Below are positions 1-10,202 of a stretch of 64,000 bases of DNA, one piece after another. A program made the position numbers and the translations under genes. The stretch is from positions 18,645 to 82,644 of the forward strand of contig CAYUWG010000008.1 in assembly GCA_964448285.1 (NCBI GenBank), given 5' to 3'. The DNA is from an uncultured Chromatiales bacterium (GTDB taxonomy: Bacteria > Bacteroidota > Ignavibacteria > SZUA-365). A model generated the notes under the pieces. The model was not told the origin of the DNA and did no database searches. It saw only the letters and a program-made list of their open reading frames with translations. How positions within the stretch are numbered: position 1 is the stretch's first letter; each line of letters opens with the position of its first letter.

Positions 1-65
1 CTATAAAAGACGCTAAGTTGAAACGGAGGAATCATCCGCCCAATCGTTGACACACAGCTTACGTA

Positions 66-1778
66 GTGCTCGTTCAATTCACACATGTCACCGTTTCAAT
101 TGCTGCCTCATTCCGGTTGACGTATGGGATTATTCTCTTTCTGTACGTTGCTTCAATCTCTGCGCAGGATCTGTCCAATCCCGATATTCGACCGGTAACG
201 CTGACCGGTTCGCTGTCCGCAGCCGGAGAGAATTACTCGATCCCGGGAATGCAAACGAACAGGCCGGTAAACACTGCATGGCTGTACTTCAACCCGACCC
301 TGACGATTTATGAAGTGCAGCTCCCTTTCAACTTCGTCTTCTCTACGACCGAGCGGTCCTACAATCAGCCATTCAACCAATTCGGCGTAAGCCCGCGGTA
401 CAAATGGTTTACCGCTCATGCAGGATACCGGACATTGTCATTCTCCGATTTCACCTTGTCGGATATCCTGATTCTTGGAGGTGGCGCGGAGATAAAGGGT
501 GATTGGTTTCATCTCAGCGGGATTTACGGAAGGTTCAAGAGAAGCGTTGAAGAGGATACGGTGCGGAACATTCTCCCGGTGTATCGCAGGATGGGTTGGG
601 CGGTATCAGCCGGTATGGGAGGAGCCGAGAATTTCTTCGATCTGAATCTCCTCCATGCCTGGGATGATTCATCCTCACTCGATAAGCCTGTGGTAAAATC
701 ACGAGTCTTCCCGGAAGAGAATCTCGTTTTAGGAATCAGAGGTCGAATCGTATTTCTCGAAGGCGCTGCTTTCGAAGGAGAACTCGCGGGTAGCGTATAT
801 ACCCGCGACCAGACCCTTGCCAACGTAGAGAATCCTGACATCACGGCTTTCTCAAGCGGCGTGTATGACGTCAAGCTCTCTACGCGTTTCAACCTTGCGA
901 TGAAATTTGCAGGCGTCTATCAAACGGAGGGTTACGGAGTGCGACTCGAATACGCCCGCGTTGAACCGGAATATCAATCCATGGGGGCGACTTATACGGA
1001 GAACGACCGTCAGGACATCACCATTGCGCCGTCGGTGCAGCTTTTCGAAGCGTCGTTGCGCGTTTCAGGCTCAGTCGGATTCCGCTCGGACAATCTCTAT
1101 GACGACCGTGCCTATACGACGAACCGCATCATAACGTCCGCAAACATCAACTGGGCGCCTTCGACAGATTTCGGCATCGATGGGCAGTATTCGAATTACA
1201 GCATGAGCAATTCCTCCGCAACGTTCACGGTAAACGATTCGACTCGCGTGGAGAATGTCACCGAGTCCTATTCGCTCGCGCCGAGATATCTGCTGATCGG
1301 AGATGCCATACAGCACTTCATGACGCTCTTCGTTACGAAGCAAGCCTATGCAGACAGGAACGTTCTCACCGGACAGACCGGAAGCAATAACGTTCTCACA
1401 ACCGTCCTGAGCTACGTCGGTTCGCTCAGGAGTGGAGTGAATTTCTCTGCAGCGCTTCAGTTCATCGAAGTTCGCACATCGTTCTTGACGAATATCATTC
1501 GGGGTATCACGCTGGGCGTCGGAAGGAGCTTTTTCGAAAACACATTGAGTACGAATCTCTCTTATTCACTCAATCTGACGAAAGCCTCATCGGAAAGCGA
1601 TACCGATACACAACATTTATTGACGCTCACGGGACTGTATCGCCTTTCAGCGAACGACGCATTCGATCTCCGCTTACAGTGGAATTCCTATGACGCCGTG
1701 AATACACTCCGTCAGTCGTACTCCGGAACGACGACACGCCTTCAGTACACACGCACGTTTGCCTTTGGGACGAAATGA
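66..1778 (+). CDS. putative outer-membrane beta-barrel protein (secreted, unknown function)
   Basis: 570-aa ORF with an N-terminal hydrophobic signal-like segment (LTYGIILFLYVASISAQ). Composition is rich in Tyr/Ser/Thr/Asn with alternating patterns typical of beta-barrel OMPs. It is immediately followed by, and overlaps, the giant surface protein gene. The start (GTG at 66 versus a later TTG) is uncertain. Confidence 0.45.
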   Translation: MLVQFTHVTVSIAASFRLTYGIILFLYVASISAQDLSNPDIRPVTLTGSLSAAGENYSIPGMQTNRPVNTAWLYFNPTLTIYEVQLPFNFVFSTTERSYNQPFNQFGVSPRYKWFTAHAGYRTLSFSDFTLSDILILGGGAEIKGDWFHLSGIYGRFKRSVEEDTVRNILPVYRRMGWAVSAGMGGAENFFDLNLLHAWDDSSSLDKPVVKSRVFPEENLVLGIRGRIVFLEGAAFEGELAGSVYTRDQTLANVENPDITAFSSGVYDVKLSTRFNLAMKFAGVYQTEGYGVRLEYARVEPEYQSMGATYTENDRQDITIAPSVQLFEASLRVSGSVGFRSDNLYDDRAYTTNRIITSANINWAPSTDFGIDGQYSNYSMSNSSATFTVNDSTRVENVTESYSLAPRYLLIGDAIQHFMTLFVTKQAYADRNVLTGQTGSNNVLTTVLSYVGSLRSGVNFSAALQFIEVRTSFLTNIIRGITLGVGRSFFENTLSTNLSYSLNLTKASSESDTDTQHLLTLTGLYRLSANDAFDLRLQWNSYDAVNTLRQSYSGTTTRLQYTRTFAFGTK

Positions 1779-1827
1779 ATCCGAATATCATATACATTTT
1801 TACCACATGGAACGCGAGGATCTGAAC

Positions 1828-4800
1828 ATGAAACAGTTTTTATGGTTTGTTTTCCTGTCTGTGAGTGTCGTTGTTTTCAATTCGAAAGCGCAGCTATCGG
1901 TAAGCGTCCAAATGCTGCCGTTCCCGTCGCCTTACATTTCGGATTGGAAGTCGAATCCGAACACCATTACGTTCGTCGTCACGAATCCAACGGGCATGAA
2001 TCAGGACGTTCGGTTCAATGCCTATATCGAAGGGTTGAAGCTCGGGAAGGTCGCGCAGACGAAACTCGATGCGAACATACCACCGGTCGTCATTCCGCCG
2101 GGGACGAGCATTCTCAATGCAATCGATGCGCGGTTGCTGGACGAAGCGGCCATACAGTACATCGGCTCAACGAAAGAAGAGACACAAAAAAGCGGGCGGT
2201 TGCCGGAGGACAATTTCAAGATTTGCGTCCAGCTCGTAACGTATGCTCTGCCGAACTCGCCGCTATCTCCGGATATGTGCTCGTCGTTCCAAATACTTTT
2301 GCTTCAACCTCCTTCATTGATCAACCCGAAAAATATCAGCGAACAGAAGTCGCTTCCAACGTTTCAGTGGAGCATCGTTCCGCAGGTTCAACTTGTGACG
2401 ATCAACTACGAACTCACGGTGATCGAACTCGAAGCCGGACAGACGAATCCTGGTATGGCGATGCAGACGAACATTCCTCTGTTTCAGCGCACAACGTCGA
2501 TGCCGCTATACGTTCTGCTGCAATCCGATCCGCAACTCGTGAAGGGAAGAAAGTACGTATGGCGCGTTCGTGCCTTCGACCAGCAAGGCAAATATTCTTT
2601 CGCAAACAACGGGTTCAGTGAAATATGGACGTTCACATACAATCCGGTGGTTCCGCCGGTGTTTACGCCTGAGGTTACCAAGAGCGAAATAAAAACGGTG
2701 AAGACGGACAAACCGGGCTACGGATTTGTCGATGTTCCGATGAAGGATGTACTCAAGTTCATCGTTCTGAACAGCACCGTGAAGGGAAAGTTGTTCTATA
2801 CCTTCGAGAAGTCGAAGCTCTTTGCCGAGCACAAGGTCGGCTCCAATGTCATCTTCCACTTCCAGCAAAAAGGCGCGCTCAATCATCTCCCGAATGTGGC
2901 GCTGCGTCTGGTGAAGAGATACAAGGTCATTCCGCAACTGAATTTCTATTCTTCGACAGTGACCGATACGAAGACCTGGAAGACCTACAGCATTTCACCG
3001 AAAACCGTCGCAACGACGACCGCCGACGCCGGTGGGAATTTTACGTTTAAATTTATCGAGGGTGACTCGACGGTGATCCTCAAGAATGCAAGCCTTCAAT
3101 CCGGCGGGGGAGAATTCGTGGATTACGTTGACAACGGTACGTTATACAAGTATTACACTGTTGAAGTGATCAATCCTTACTATTGCAGCTCCCAGCATGA
3201 AATTGCGTGCGAGCCGGGAGAAACCGTCGATGTAAGTCTTTCCTCACTCGTGCGCACGTACAACCTCGACGTTACGGTAAAGGATAAAGAGCGAGGAACG
3301 GAGGTCGGCAGCCTCTGCAACGTTTACATAGCGCGATTTGCGAAAAGTCTGGTTCCATTTCACGTCCCGTATGACGAGGGTGAACTCGAATCACCATCAG
3401 GATTGTATGGGATTGGACAGGTGATTCTTCCGGAAGACATCGAGAATCCGAAAAAGAAGTTTACCAATTCGAATCTCGGTTACGTCATCGGTATGCGCGG
3501 TACGGAAGACGCGCCGATAAAGGGACATGCGGTCTTCACACGGCTTGTCCGGAATTTGGGCGGCGTCGATCAATACGTCATTTCCGCAAGAACACCGGAA
3601 AAAAAATTGGATGGGAACTACAACGACCTGTATTACTTCGATAACAATAAGGGCGTTTATTTCATGAAGAAGACGCTCTATGATAAACCGGGCGACATCG
3701 ATCCGGGGTACGATTACAGCGGCGATGTCATTTACAATTCGGCCTATACGATTAAAACATTCAGCGTCGTGATCAAGATCGTACCGCGTCTGCCGCGAAT
3801 CTTCGGTCGGGTCAAACGAAGTGACAGCAAAAAGGACATCAAAGGAGCCGTGGTTCGCGTCGAACGCAATCCGGCGGCGGGAAATCAGAACGTGTATTAC
3901 GATGTCACGAATACCGAAGGCAAATTCGAAGTCCACGACATTCAGCCATCGGGTACGAGTTGGGCCTACAACATTCGTTTTCTTAAGTACGGCTTCAAGA
4001 CCTATCAAATGTCCGATCGCGCGATGGCGAAGGGCTACCAGACGAATCTCGGTACGATCGAGCTCGATCCGAAGCTCATCGTGACGAGAACGGTAATCGA
4101 TGAACATGCGAAGCTTCTTCCGGGCGTCGAAGGAATTCTTGGCGACGGTGCAAAACGTTATACAAATGAAAACGGAGTATTTGCAAGCCCTGCGATACCG
4201 GGATTTCAACATTTTCATTTGGAGAAGAAGCCGAAGTACGCAGACAAGGATTCCAATCTCGTGATTCAGGACAATCCGTTCGGTGAAGCATTCGGTGCAA
4301 TTCTCGCGGACAAGATCGTTATGTTCGAAGCGAAGCGACGGCTTGAAGTGCGTGTGCTCGACCAGACTTTCACGCCGATTCAGGGCGCCAAAGTCTTGCT
4401 GGAAGATCATTACATCACGCCGTCGTCGGATGGCAAAGGGGAGATTAACTATCAGGCGAAGTCGATGCCATACCAATTGACCACGAACGAAAAAGGTATC
4501 GTCTCCTTCGCGTATCTCTCGCCGTCTTCTCAAGCGAAAGTGAAGATCAGTGTACCGAACAGCGATTATGTTTCGACCAAGCGCACATACACCGATGTGC
4601 AGGAAGGCGGAACGTGGACGAAAAAAATCGTCATTCTTCAGGCCGGCGGTCGCGTGAAGGGAATCGTCTATATCGGCGAGAAGAAGGCCGCGAAATCGAA
4701 ACAGGGGCAATACCAATATCAGATTCCCCAGGAGATTCAGTTCTCGAATAATCTTCCATGCGCGAATGCTCGCGTCTGGATTGAAGGCTATCCGGAGTTG

Positions 4801-7656
4801 CGAACGTTCACGAACAGCCAGGGCGAGTACGACCTCCGAGGCGTGCCGGTCGGCTCACGTATCGTCCGTGCTTCTCGCTCTGCCAATTCCGCGGATTCAC
4901 AAGCAGTCGGCGCAGAAAAGAATGTAATAATCAAAGCGCTGCAAACGCATGAAGTCAACTTGTACCTTGCCAAGTACAACGGCATGGATATAACGAAGCT
5001 GCTCGGCTTTCCCGTTGAGATCGATAAACTCACCGAACTGGCAAACGGCAACATCAAGATCGATGGGGCTTTCGCGAGCATTCCGTCGAACTCGAAATTC
5101 AAATTGAAAGATGGGGACGCGCGCTTCGAGTTCATCAACACCGAACTGACGAAGTACGGCGAGGGCAATCCGCCGCCGGCAAAACCGGTCAGCAACTCCG
5201 TGCGCGTGCTCGACACGAAAATCGACTTACTCGCTCTATCGAGCTATCCGGTTGAACTGCGTGATGGCTCAGGGATTCCCGTCGCGCCGCCCGGAAGCGA
5301 TTTCACGAAGGGACGCTTCAACGGCAAGTGCAATCTTGACGTCGGTTCATTTTCCATCAACACGAATGAGTTGGAGTTGAAGGATGAGAACGGCGTTGCA
5401 CAGAAATGGTATCTCGGCATCATGAACAGCGACCCGAACCTTCCGCCTGTTACGATCATCGGTGCGTTGACCTCGGAGGGAGGAACGTTCGACAGCAACG
5501 GCGAAGACTTACGAATCGCAAACGCGACGGGCGGCGATTCGAAATTCAAACTCAACACCTACAACGCGGTGGCGAACGCGAAGGAATCGTATCTCGCAGG
5601 TTCGGGCGTGCATCTCCAAACGGCGGTGCATGTGACCGTCGATGGCTGCGGGAGCGGCATGAACAGCACGTGCGACGTTGCGCTGAAACTCGGCGACGTG
5701 CTCGTGAAAAAATCCGGTCTTGACCCGCTCGATCCCACGAAGATCGCCGCGCAGGATATCCCGCTTCAGATGTGGCAGCTTCATGCTCAGGACTTCGGAC
5801 TATCGGGGGTTTATTTCACCTTCGACGGCGGCATCAAAGCGCCGCTCGTGCAGAACGTCGTCAACGATGAAACGAAGATCAACATTCCTTTCACCGGAAT
5901 GCAGCTTCGCCCGACGGAGATCTGGGGCGGCACGTTTTCCTTCACACAGTTGGACATGTTGGGCGTCGCGATGATGGACATCACCAATCCCACGCAGATC
6001 GGTTCGGATTCACAGTCGTGGTTCGTCACGACGAGTGCACCGGAAATACGCGCGAACCAGGGCGGCGGGAAATTCCTCGAAGGACTCGATCCCGCCGGCA
6101 AGATCATCCTGAACACGTTCTACCTCCGTTCCGATGGGACGAAGGACATCAGCGCATCAGAGGACGACATCATCGTTCACAAAGTCGGCAGCTTCAAACT
6201 GAATTCATTCCAGTTCGGCTACGACACGAAACCGTACATGACGATGCAGGGCAGTCTCACGCTTATCAACATTCCCGACCTTTCGCCGCAGTTCACGCGC
6301 ATCTATTACATCCCCGGCGGGAAGTTCGGAATGGACGGCGTGTTCTTCGCTGAACCGTACGTCGCGGGCGGAGTGAAGATCACGATTGCAAACGGGATGC
6401 TCACGCCCGAGGGCTTCATCGCCGAGGGCGACTGGGGCAACTATCGCAACCAGATCATACTCGAAGATCAATACAAGCTGAACATGTGGTTCCGCCATCG
6501 CAAAGTCGGCAGCGGGTATTCGACGATCGCGGAGATCATCAACTCCGACCACGCGCCGCCGCAAACGCAGAATCTCTTCAAGAACACTTCCGCGCCCGAC
6601 GTGAAAAACGTGTATGGGCGCACGCAACTCGAACCCGGGCTTGTCTGGTCAACGAAATTCTGCGGATGGTATCAGACGAGCGAGCTTGCCGCTCCCGATT
6701 CGATGTACTACACCGTTGAAGGTACCGGCGGCAATGGGACGATAGCGGTTGCCAAGAACACGATGAAGATGAAAGGCACGACCGGCGGTCTTGGGATGTT
6801 GATGAACGGTTACGAAGAGTTTCCGAAAGGACCCGCGCCCGTCGGGCCGCCGGTGGCGGAGGAAAGTCCATTCAGCGACATGGATATTCACGTGGACTTG
6901 CAAATGATGGCGCTCATCATGTCCGTGCACGTGGAAAAAGAAATTTCTCCCGGCACGGGTTTCAAAGGTGATATCACATCGGTCATCAGTTTCGGATCGA
7001 AAAAATTCTGGTTCTTCCTCGCAGCCGGAGAAGGAAAAGTCAGCAGTCCGAAGTGCGAGGGGAAAGCCGTATTCCTCGCGGGCGTCAATTACGACGTGAC
7101 GGCTGCCGACAAACAACTCGTTGTCGATTACAGCATCAGCGGGCGGGAACTGCCGAACGAATTCGCAACGATGAACGGCTTCTTCACGCAGGTCGCCGTC
7201 GTCATGCCGATTCCCGGTGCGCCGAACTTCAGCGTGAATTTCGGCATCGGAAGTTTGACCGTCGAGTGCGCAATCGGCGGTGAAGCGCGGCTCGGATTGA
7301 ACTTCGGCGAGAGCACGACATTTTTCTTCGGCGTCTATGCAACCGCATGGATCAAAGTCGATTGTGAAGCATCGTTGACGATCGTCGTCGTCGGCGTGAA
7401 GCTCAAAGCGCATCTTCTCGTGCAGGCCGGGGCCGGCGGTTGGTTCACCTATAACAGCGATGCAGGCGCATCGTTCGACATCTTAGGATTCATCATCGGG
7501 CAGTTGGACTTCAGCGTCTGTCTCACCTCCTTCGGTGCCGAGACGTGCGGCGATATGACGCTCTTCAAGCTCGGCGGAGAAGTGGAAGGCCGCATCGGTG
7601 CCGGCGAATACATGGAGATCACGCCGACGTTCGAGTTCCTCGGACTGAATATCTAA
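1828..7656 (+). CDS. giant secreted cell-surface protein (about 1940 aa), function unknown
   Basis: Uninterrupted ORF 1759..7656. The likely start is the ATG at 1828 (MKQFLWFVFLSVSVVVFNSKAQ signal peptide). Composition is Gly/Thr/Asn/Asp rich and repetitive, typical of beta-sandwich surface proteins. It overlaps the upstream OMP gene and is followed 12 nt later by the Fn3 gene. Confidence 0.55.
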   Translation: MKQFLWFVFLSVSVVVFNSKAQLSVSVQMLPFPSPYISDWKSNPNTITFVVTNPTGMNQDVRFNAYIEGLKLGKVAQTKLDANIPPVVIPPGTSILNAIDARLLDEAAIQYIGSTKEETQKSGRLPEDNFKICVQLVTYALPNSPLSPDMCSSFQILLLQPPSLINPKNISEQKSLPTFQWSIVPQVQLVTINYELTVIELEAGQTNPGMAMQTNIPLFQRTTSMPLYVLLQSDPQLVKGRKYVWRVRAFDQQGKYSFANNGFSEIWTFTYNPVVPPVFTPEVTKSEIKTVKTDKPGYGFVDVPMKDVLKFIVLNSTVKGKLFYTFEKSKLFAEHKVGSNVIFHFQQKGALNHLPNVALRLVKRYKVIPQLNFYSSTVTDTKTWKTYSISPKTVATTTADAGGNFTFKFIEGDSTVILKNASLQSGGGEFVDYVDNGTLYKYYTVEVINPYYCSSQHEIACEPGETVDVSLSSLVRTYNLDVTVKDKERGTEVGSLCNVYIARFAKSLVPFHVPYDEGELESPSGLYGIGQVILPEDIENPKKKFTNSNLGYVIGMRGTEDAPIKGHAVFTRLVRNLGGVDQYVISARTPEKKLDGNYNDLYYFDNNKGVYFMKKTLYDKPGDIDPGYDYSGDVIYNSAYTIKTFSVVIKIVPRLPRIFGRVKRSDSKKDIKGAVVRVERNPAAGNQNVYYDVTNTEGKFEVHDIQPSGTSWAYNIRFLKYGFKTYQMSDRAMAKGYQTNLGTIELDPKLIVTRTVIDEHAKLLPGVEGILGDGAKRYTNENGVFASPAIPGFQHFHLEKKPKYADKDSNLVIQDNPFGEAFGAILADKIVMFEAKRRLEVRVLDQTFTPIQGAKVLLEDHYITPSSDGKGEINYQAKSMPYQLTTNEKGIVSFAYLSPSSQAKVKISVPNSDYVSTKRTYTDVQEGGTWTKKIVILQAGGRVKGIVYIGEKKAAKSKQGQYQYQIPQEIQFSNNLPCANARVWIEGYPELRTFTNSQGEYDLRGVPVGSRIVRASRSANSADSQAVGAEKNVIIKALQTHEVNLYLAKYNGMDITKLLGFPVEIDKLTELANGNIKIDGAFASIPSNSKFKLKDGDARFEFINTELTKYGEGNPPPAKPVSNSVRVLDTKIDLLALSSYPVELRDGSGIPVAPPGSDFTKGRFNGKCNLDVGSFSINTNELELKDENGVAQKWYLGIMNSDPNLPPVTIIGALTSEGGTFDSNGEDLRIANATGGDSKFKLNTYNAVANAKESYLAGSGVHLQTAVHVTVDGCGSGMNSTCDVALKLGDVLVKKSGLDPLDPTKIAAQDIPLQMWQLHAQDFGLSGVYFTFDGGIKAPLVQNVVNDETKINIPFTGMQLRPTEIWGGTFSFTQLDMLGVAMMDITNPTQIGSDSQSWFVTTSAPEIRANQGGGKFLEGLDPAGKIILNTFYLRSDGTKDISASEDDIIVHKVGSFKLNSFQFGYDTKPYMTMQGSLTLINIPDLSPQFTRIYYIPGGKFGMDGVFFAEPYVAGGVKITIANGMLTPEGFIAEGDWGNYRNQIILEDQYKLNMWFRHRKVGSGYSTIAEIINSDHAPPQTQNLFKNTSAPDVKNVYGRTQLEPGLVWSTKFCGWYQTSELAAPDSMYYTVEGTGGNGTIAVAKNTMKMKGTTGGLGMLMNGYEEFPKGPAPVGPPVAEESPFSDMDIHVDLQMMALIMSVHVEKEISPGTGFKGDITSVISFGSKKFWFFLAAGEGKVSSPKCEGKAVFLAGVNYDVTAADKQLVVDYSISGRELPNEFATMNGFFTQVAVVMPIPGAPNFSVNFGIGSLTVECAIGGEARLGLNFGESTTFFFGVYATAWIKVDCEASLTIVVVGVKLKAHLLVQAGAGGWFTYNSDAGASFDILGFIIGQLDFSVCLTSFGAETCGDMTLFKLGGEVEGRIGAGEYMEITPTFEFLGLNI

Positions 7657-7680
7657 CGCAGCAAAAGTGTGAGGCGGCAA

Positions 7681-9750
7681 ATGACATTCAAGCACATATC
7701 GAAGCCCGGCTCTCCGGGATCAAGCAAATGGTTGAGCGGAAGACCGCATTGCGTTTCTTCTTGCATGGCGTTGCTCGTGATTCTCTTCGCAAGCACGGCG
7801 TTGGCGCAGAAGGTCAAAGTGACGCCGACGGATTTCGTTTATGCTTCTCCGAAAGGCATTTATGTTTTCTGTGGAAACACCTCTGCATCGAAGACGCACC
7901 CGCGTCTCGATACGGTCGGATATCGTATCGAGCGAAAAGCCGGAAAGGAACGATGGAAGCAGATAGCGGACGTTTCGTCCGTTGCAACGGTGGAAGAATT
8001 CAAGCGCGCGGTGAGCGAAGAAAAGCGTATGCAATGGACGACGTTCATGAAGCTGAAGACTGACGATTCACTCTGGCTGCACATTCGCGCATATCCGTCG
8101 CTCCGCATGTTGCCTTTCGGCGCGGACCGGGAAATGCTCCTTCCGCTCGGTTTGCTCTATCTCGATTCCGACGTGAAACAAGGCGTGAAGTACGAATACC
8201 GCGTCTCCGTTCTTCTGCTATCGGGAAAGACGGCAAATCCGAAAACGTCACAGCCGATCGTTGCGGGAAAGCCGTGGGGCATTCCGGCGATGCGCGCGGT
8301 CGGCACGGTGGAAACGGACTCCACGCTGCTCATCGAATGGGCATGCCCGAAAGTGTATCCGACGCCTCACGTTTATCACGTGTACCGCCGCATGACGGGA
8401 CAGGAAGACTTCAAGCTTCTTCCGATCAAAGGCATGCCGTCGGTGCGAAATGATTCGCTCGTCTGCACCGTTTATGACGAGAAGCTGAAGCGCAACCAGC
8501 AGTACGATTATTATATCGTCGCTGAAGACCTCGTCGAAAACCGCTCTCCAGAATCCGAGACGGTCACGGCATACACCGTGAACTTCAAGCGGCTTCCCTT
8601 GCCGATGCGCCAGCGCGCCATTCGCGATTCGATGGGGATCCGTCTCTCGTGGATGACGTCGGGATGGGATTACGTTCTCTCGACGCGTATCTACAGAAGC
8701 TCGAATTACAACGGGCCGTATGAGAAGATCGCGGAAGTCCCTTCGACCGATACGTCGTACTACGACCACGGCGCGCGCGGCATGATGCGCTACTACTACC
8801 GCATGAGAAGCGTATCCTACGGCGAACGCGAATCGCAACTCTCGATGCCGTTCATGGGCTACTGGAAAAACGAACTGCCGCCTGCGACGCCGCAGGGCGT
8901 CACGGCAAAGCCCATCAGGAACGGCGTCGAGATCGCGTGGGAGAAGAACGCGGAGGAAGACGTTGCGGGATATTACGTCTGCCGCGCGGCCGATAAGGAG
9001 GACAGCCTTCTCACGATCTCGGCGCTTGTCGAGAGCACGAGCTACGCAGACACGAGCGCCGACCTTCGCGGTTCGAAGGAATATCGATACGCGATCGTTG
9101 CGATGAACACGAGCCAGAAGAAGAGCCTCTTCTCGAACGTCGTCTATGCGCGCCCGTCGATTCCGACGAATCCCGCGCCGCCGCGAAGCATGTATGCATT
9201 CCCGCGCGAGAACGGAATCGCGCTCAACTGGAACGACCCGCGTGAGTACGAGGACGCCGTGATCGGCTATGCCCTCTATCGCGGCGTGAGAAGCGGCACG
9301 ACGATCAACTATCAGCGCCTCGCAACGTTGATGCGCGATCCCGAAATGGTTTCGTACTTCGACTCGACTGCGGAGAAGGGGAGGATGTATCACTATGCCG
9401 TCGCATCCATCGACGTGCATGGGTACGAAGGAATACGGAGCAAGAGCGCCGAAGCGATGATCCGCATCGAGTTACCGCCTGCACCCTCCGACGTGCACGC
9501 GACGATGCAGGAAGGCGGCGTGCTTCTCGAATGGGAAGAGATGCCGGAGGAAAAGATTACGCAGTTCGTGATTTACCGGAACGAGCGGGGCAAGGATGAA
9601 AAGAAAATCGCAACGGTGAAATATCCCGAGCACCAGTATATCGACCGCACGGCAAAGGGCGAAGGCGTGTACTACTATTGCATCGCGTCGATCAACAGCA
9701 GCGGCGTGGAAGGCGAGAAATCAGAGAAAGTTTATGCCGTGGTGAGATGA
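7681..9750 (+). CDS. fibronectin type III repeat protein (secreted)
   Basis: Signal peptide MALLVILFASTALAQ. At least five roughly 100-aa repeats each carry a W...GY..YR core (YHVYRRM, TRIYRSS, YYVCRAA, YALYRGV, FVIYRNE) characteristic of Fn3 domains. It is the third gene of the operon with the two upstream genes. Confidence 0.55.
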   Translation: MTFKHISKPGSPGSSKWLSGRPHCVSSCMALLVILFASTALAQKVKVTPTDFVYASPKGIYVFCGNTSASKTHPRLDTVGYRIERKAGKERWKQIADVSSVATVEEFKRAVSEEKRMQWTTFMKLKTDDSLWLHIRAYPSLRMLPFGADREMLLPLGLLYLDSDVKQGVKYEYRVSVLLLSGKTANPKTSQPIVAGKPWGIPAMRAVGTVETDSTLLIEWACPKVYPTPHVYHVYRRMTGQEDFKLLPIKGMPSVRNDSLVCTVYDEKLKRNQQYDYYIVAEDLVENRSPESETVTAYTVNFKRLPLPMRQRAIRDSMGIRLSWMTSGWDYVLSTRIYRSSNYNGPYEKIAEVPSTDTSYYDHGARGMMRYYYRMRSVSYGERESQLSMPFMGYWKNELPPATPQGVTAKPIRNGVEIAWEKNAEEDVAGYYVCRAADKEDSLLTISALVESTSYADTSADLRGSKEYRYAIVAMNTSQKKSLFSNVVYARPSIPTNPAPPRSMYAFPRENGIALNWNDPREYEDAVIGYALYRGVRSGTTINYQRLATLMRDPEMVSYFDSTAEKGRMYHYAVASIDVHGYEGIRSKSAEAMIRIELPPAPSDVHATMQEGGVLLEWEEMPEEKITQFVIYRNERGKDEKKIATVKYPEHQYIDRTAKGEGVYYYCIASINSSGVEGEKSEKVYAVVR

Positions 9751-10154
9751 TGCCGTGACGATATCCGGATTGTACAAGGACTTCCGGGTGATTGCACTGT
9801 ATTCTGTATTCCCTGTGCGAACCGCGTCCGCTCCATAAGCAGACTGAGTACAGCCTCTTACGAATTGACCGGTTTAGTTTTGTAAAAAAAATCACTTGCG
9901 AGCATGGCTTGCATCGAAGTGCTTTCTATTCTATTTTATGCCTGTTCCTTACGAACGATTGTCCCATACCACTATTTGTGGAGTCGTATTAAAGAATGCA
10001 CACTGCTTCAGAATGGAATGAACCCTTCCTTAAAACGAAAGCGATTCGAACTCTTCACCGGATGCAAGCATCGTGAACAACAGTAACACTTCTCGTGAAA
10101 TAGGCGCGTCTTGCCGGCTTGGAAATTTAGAGGTTCAAAGATGCGATTATGATG

Positions 10155-10201
10155 ACGGAAGGAATTTCTTCGTAGGCTTGAACCTCACGAGATAAGGTCG
10201 C
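10155..10201 (+). repeat. 47-bp direct repeat, copy A (remnant of a paralogous gene 3' end)
   Basis: acggaaggaatttcttcgtaggcttgaaCctcacgagaTaaggtcgc lies immediately upstream of the OMP gene start. It is near-identical to the last 47 nt of that gene (copy B). In frame it reads ...GRNFFVGLNLTR-stop. Confidence 0.8.
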
Positions 10202-10202
10202 A

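Noticed and set aside
1842-2621. 259-aa plus-strand ORF overlapping the giant surface protein gene
   Set aside because: It lies in an alternative frame inside a much longer, well-supported ORF. It is Arg/Ala-rich, as expected from an off-frame reading of GC-rich coding DNA.
3397-4716. 439-aa minus-strand ORF antisense to the giant surface protein gene
   Set aside because: It is an antisense shadow ORF with no start context and Arg-rich low-complexity composition. The sense gene is continuous across it.
8248-9420. 390-aa minus-strand ORF antisense to the Fn3 gene
   Set aside because: Same reasoning. It is Arg/His-rich and lies entirely inside a repeat-containing sense gene.
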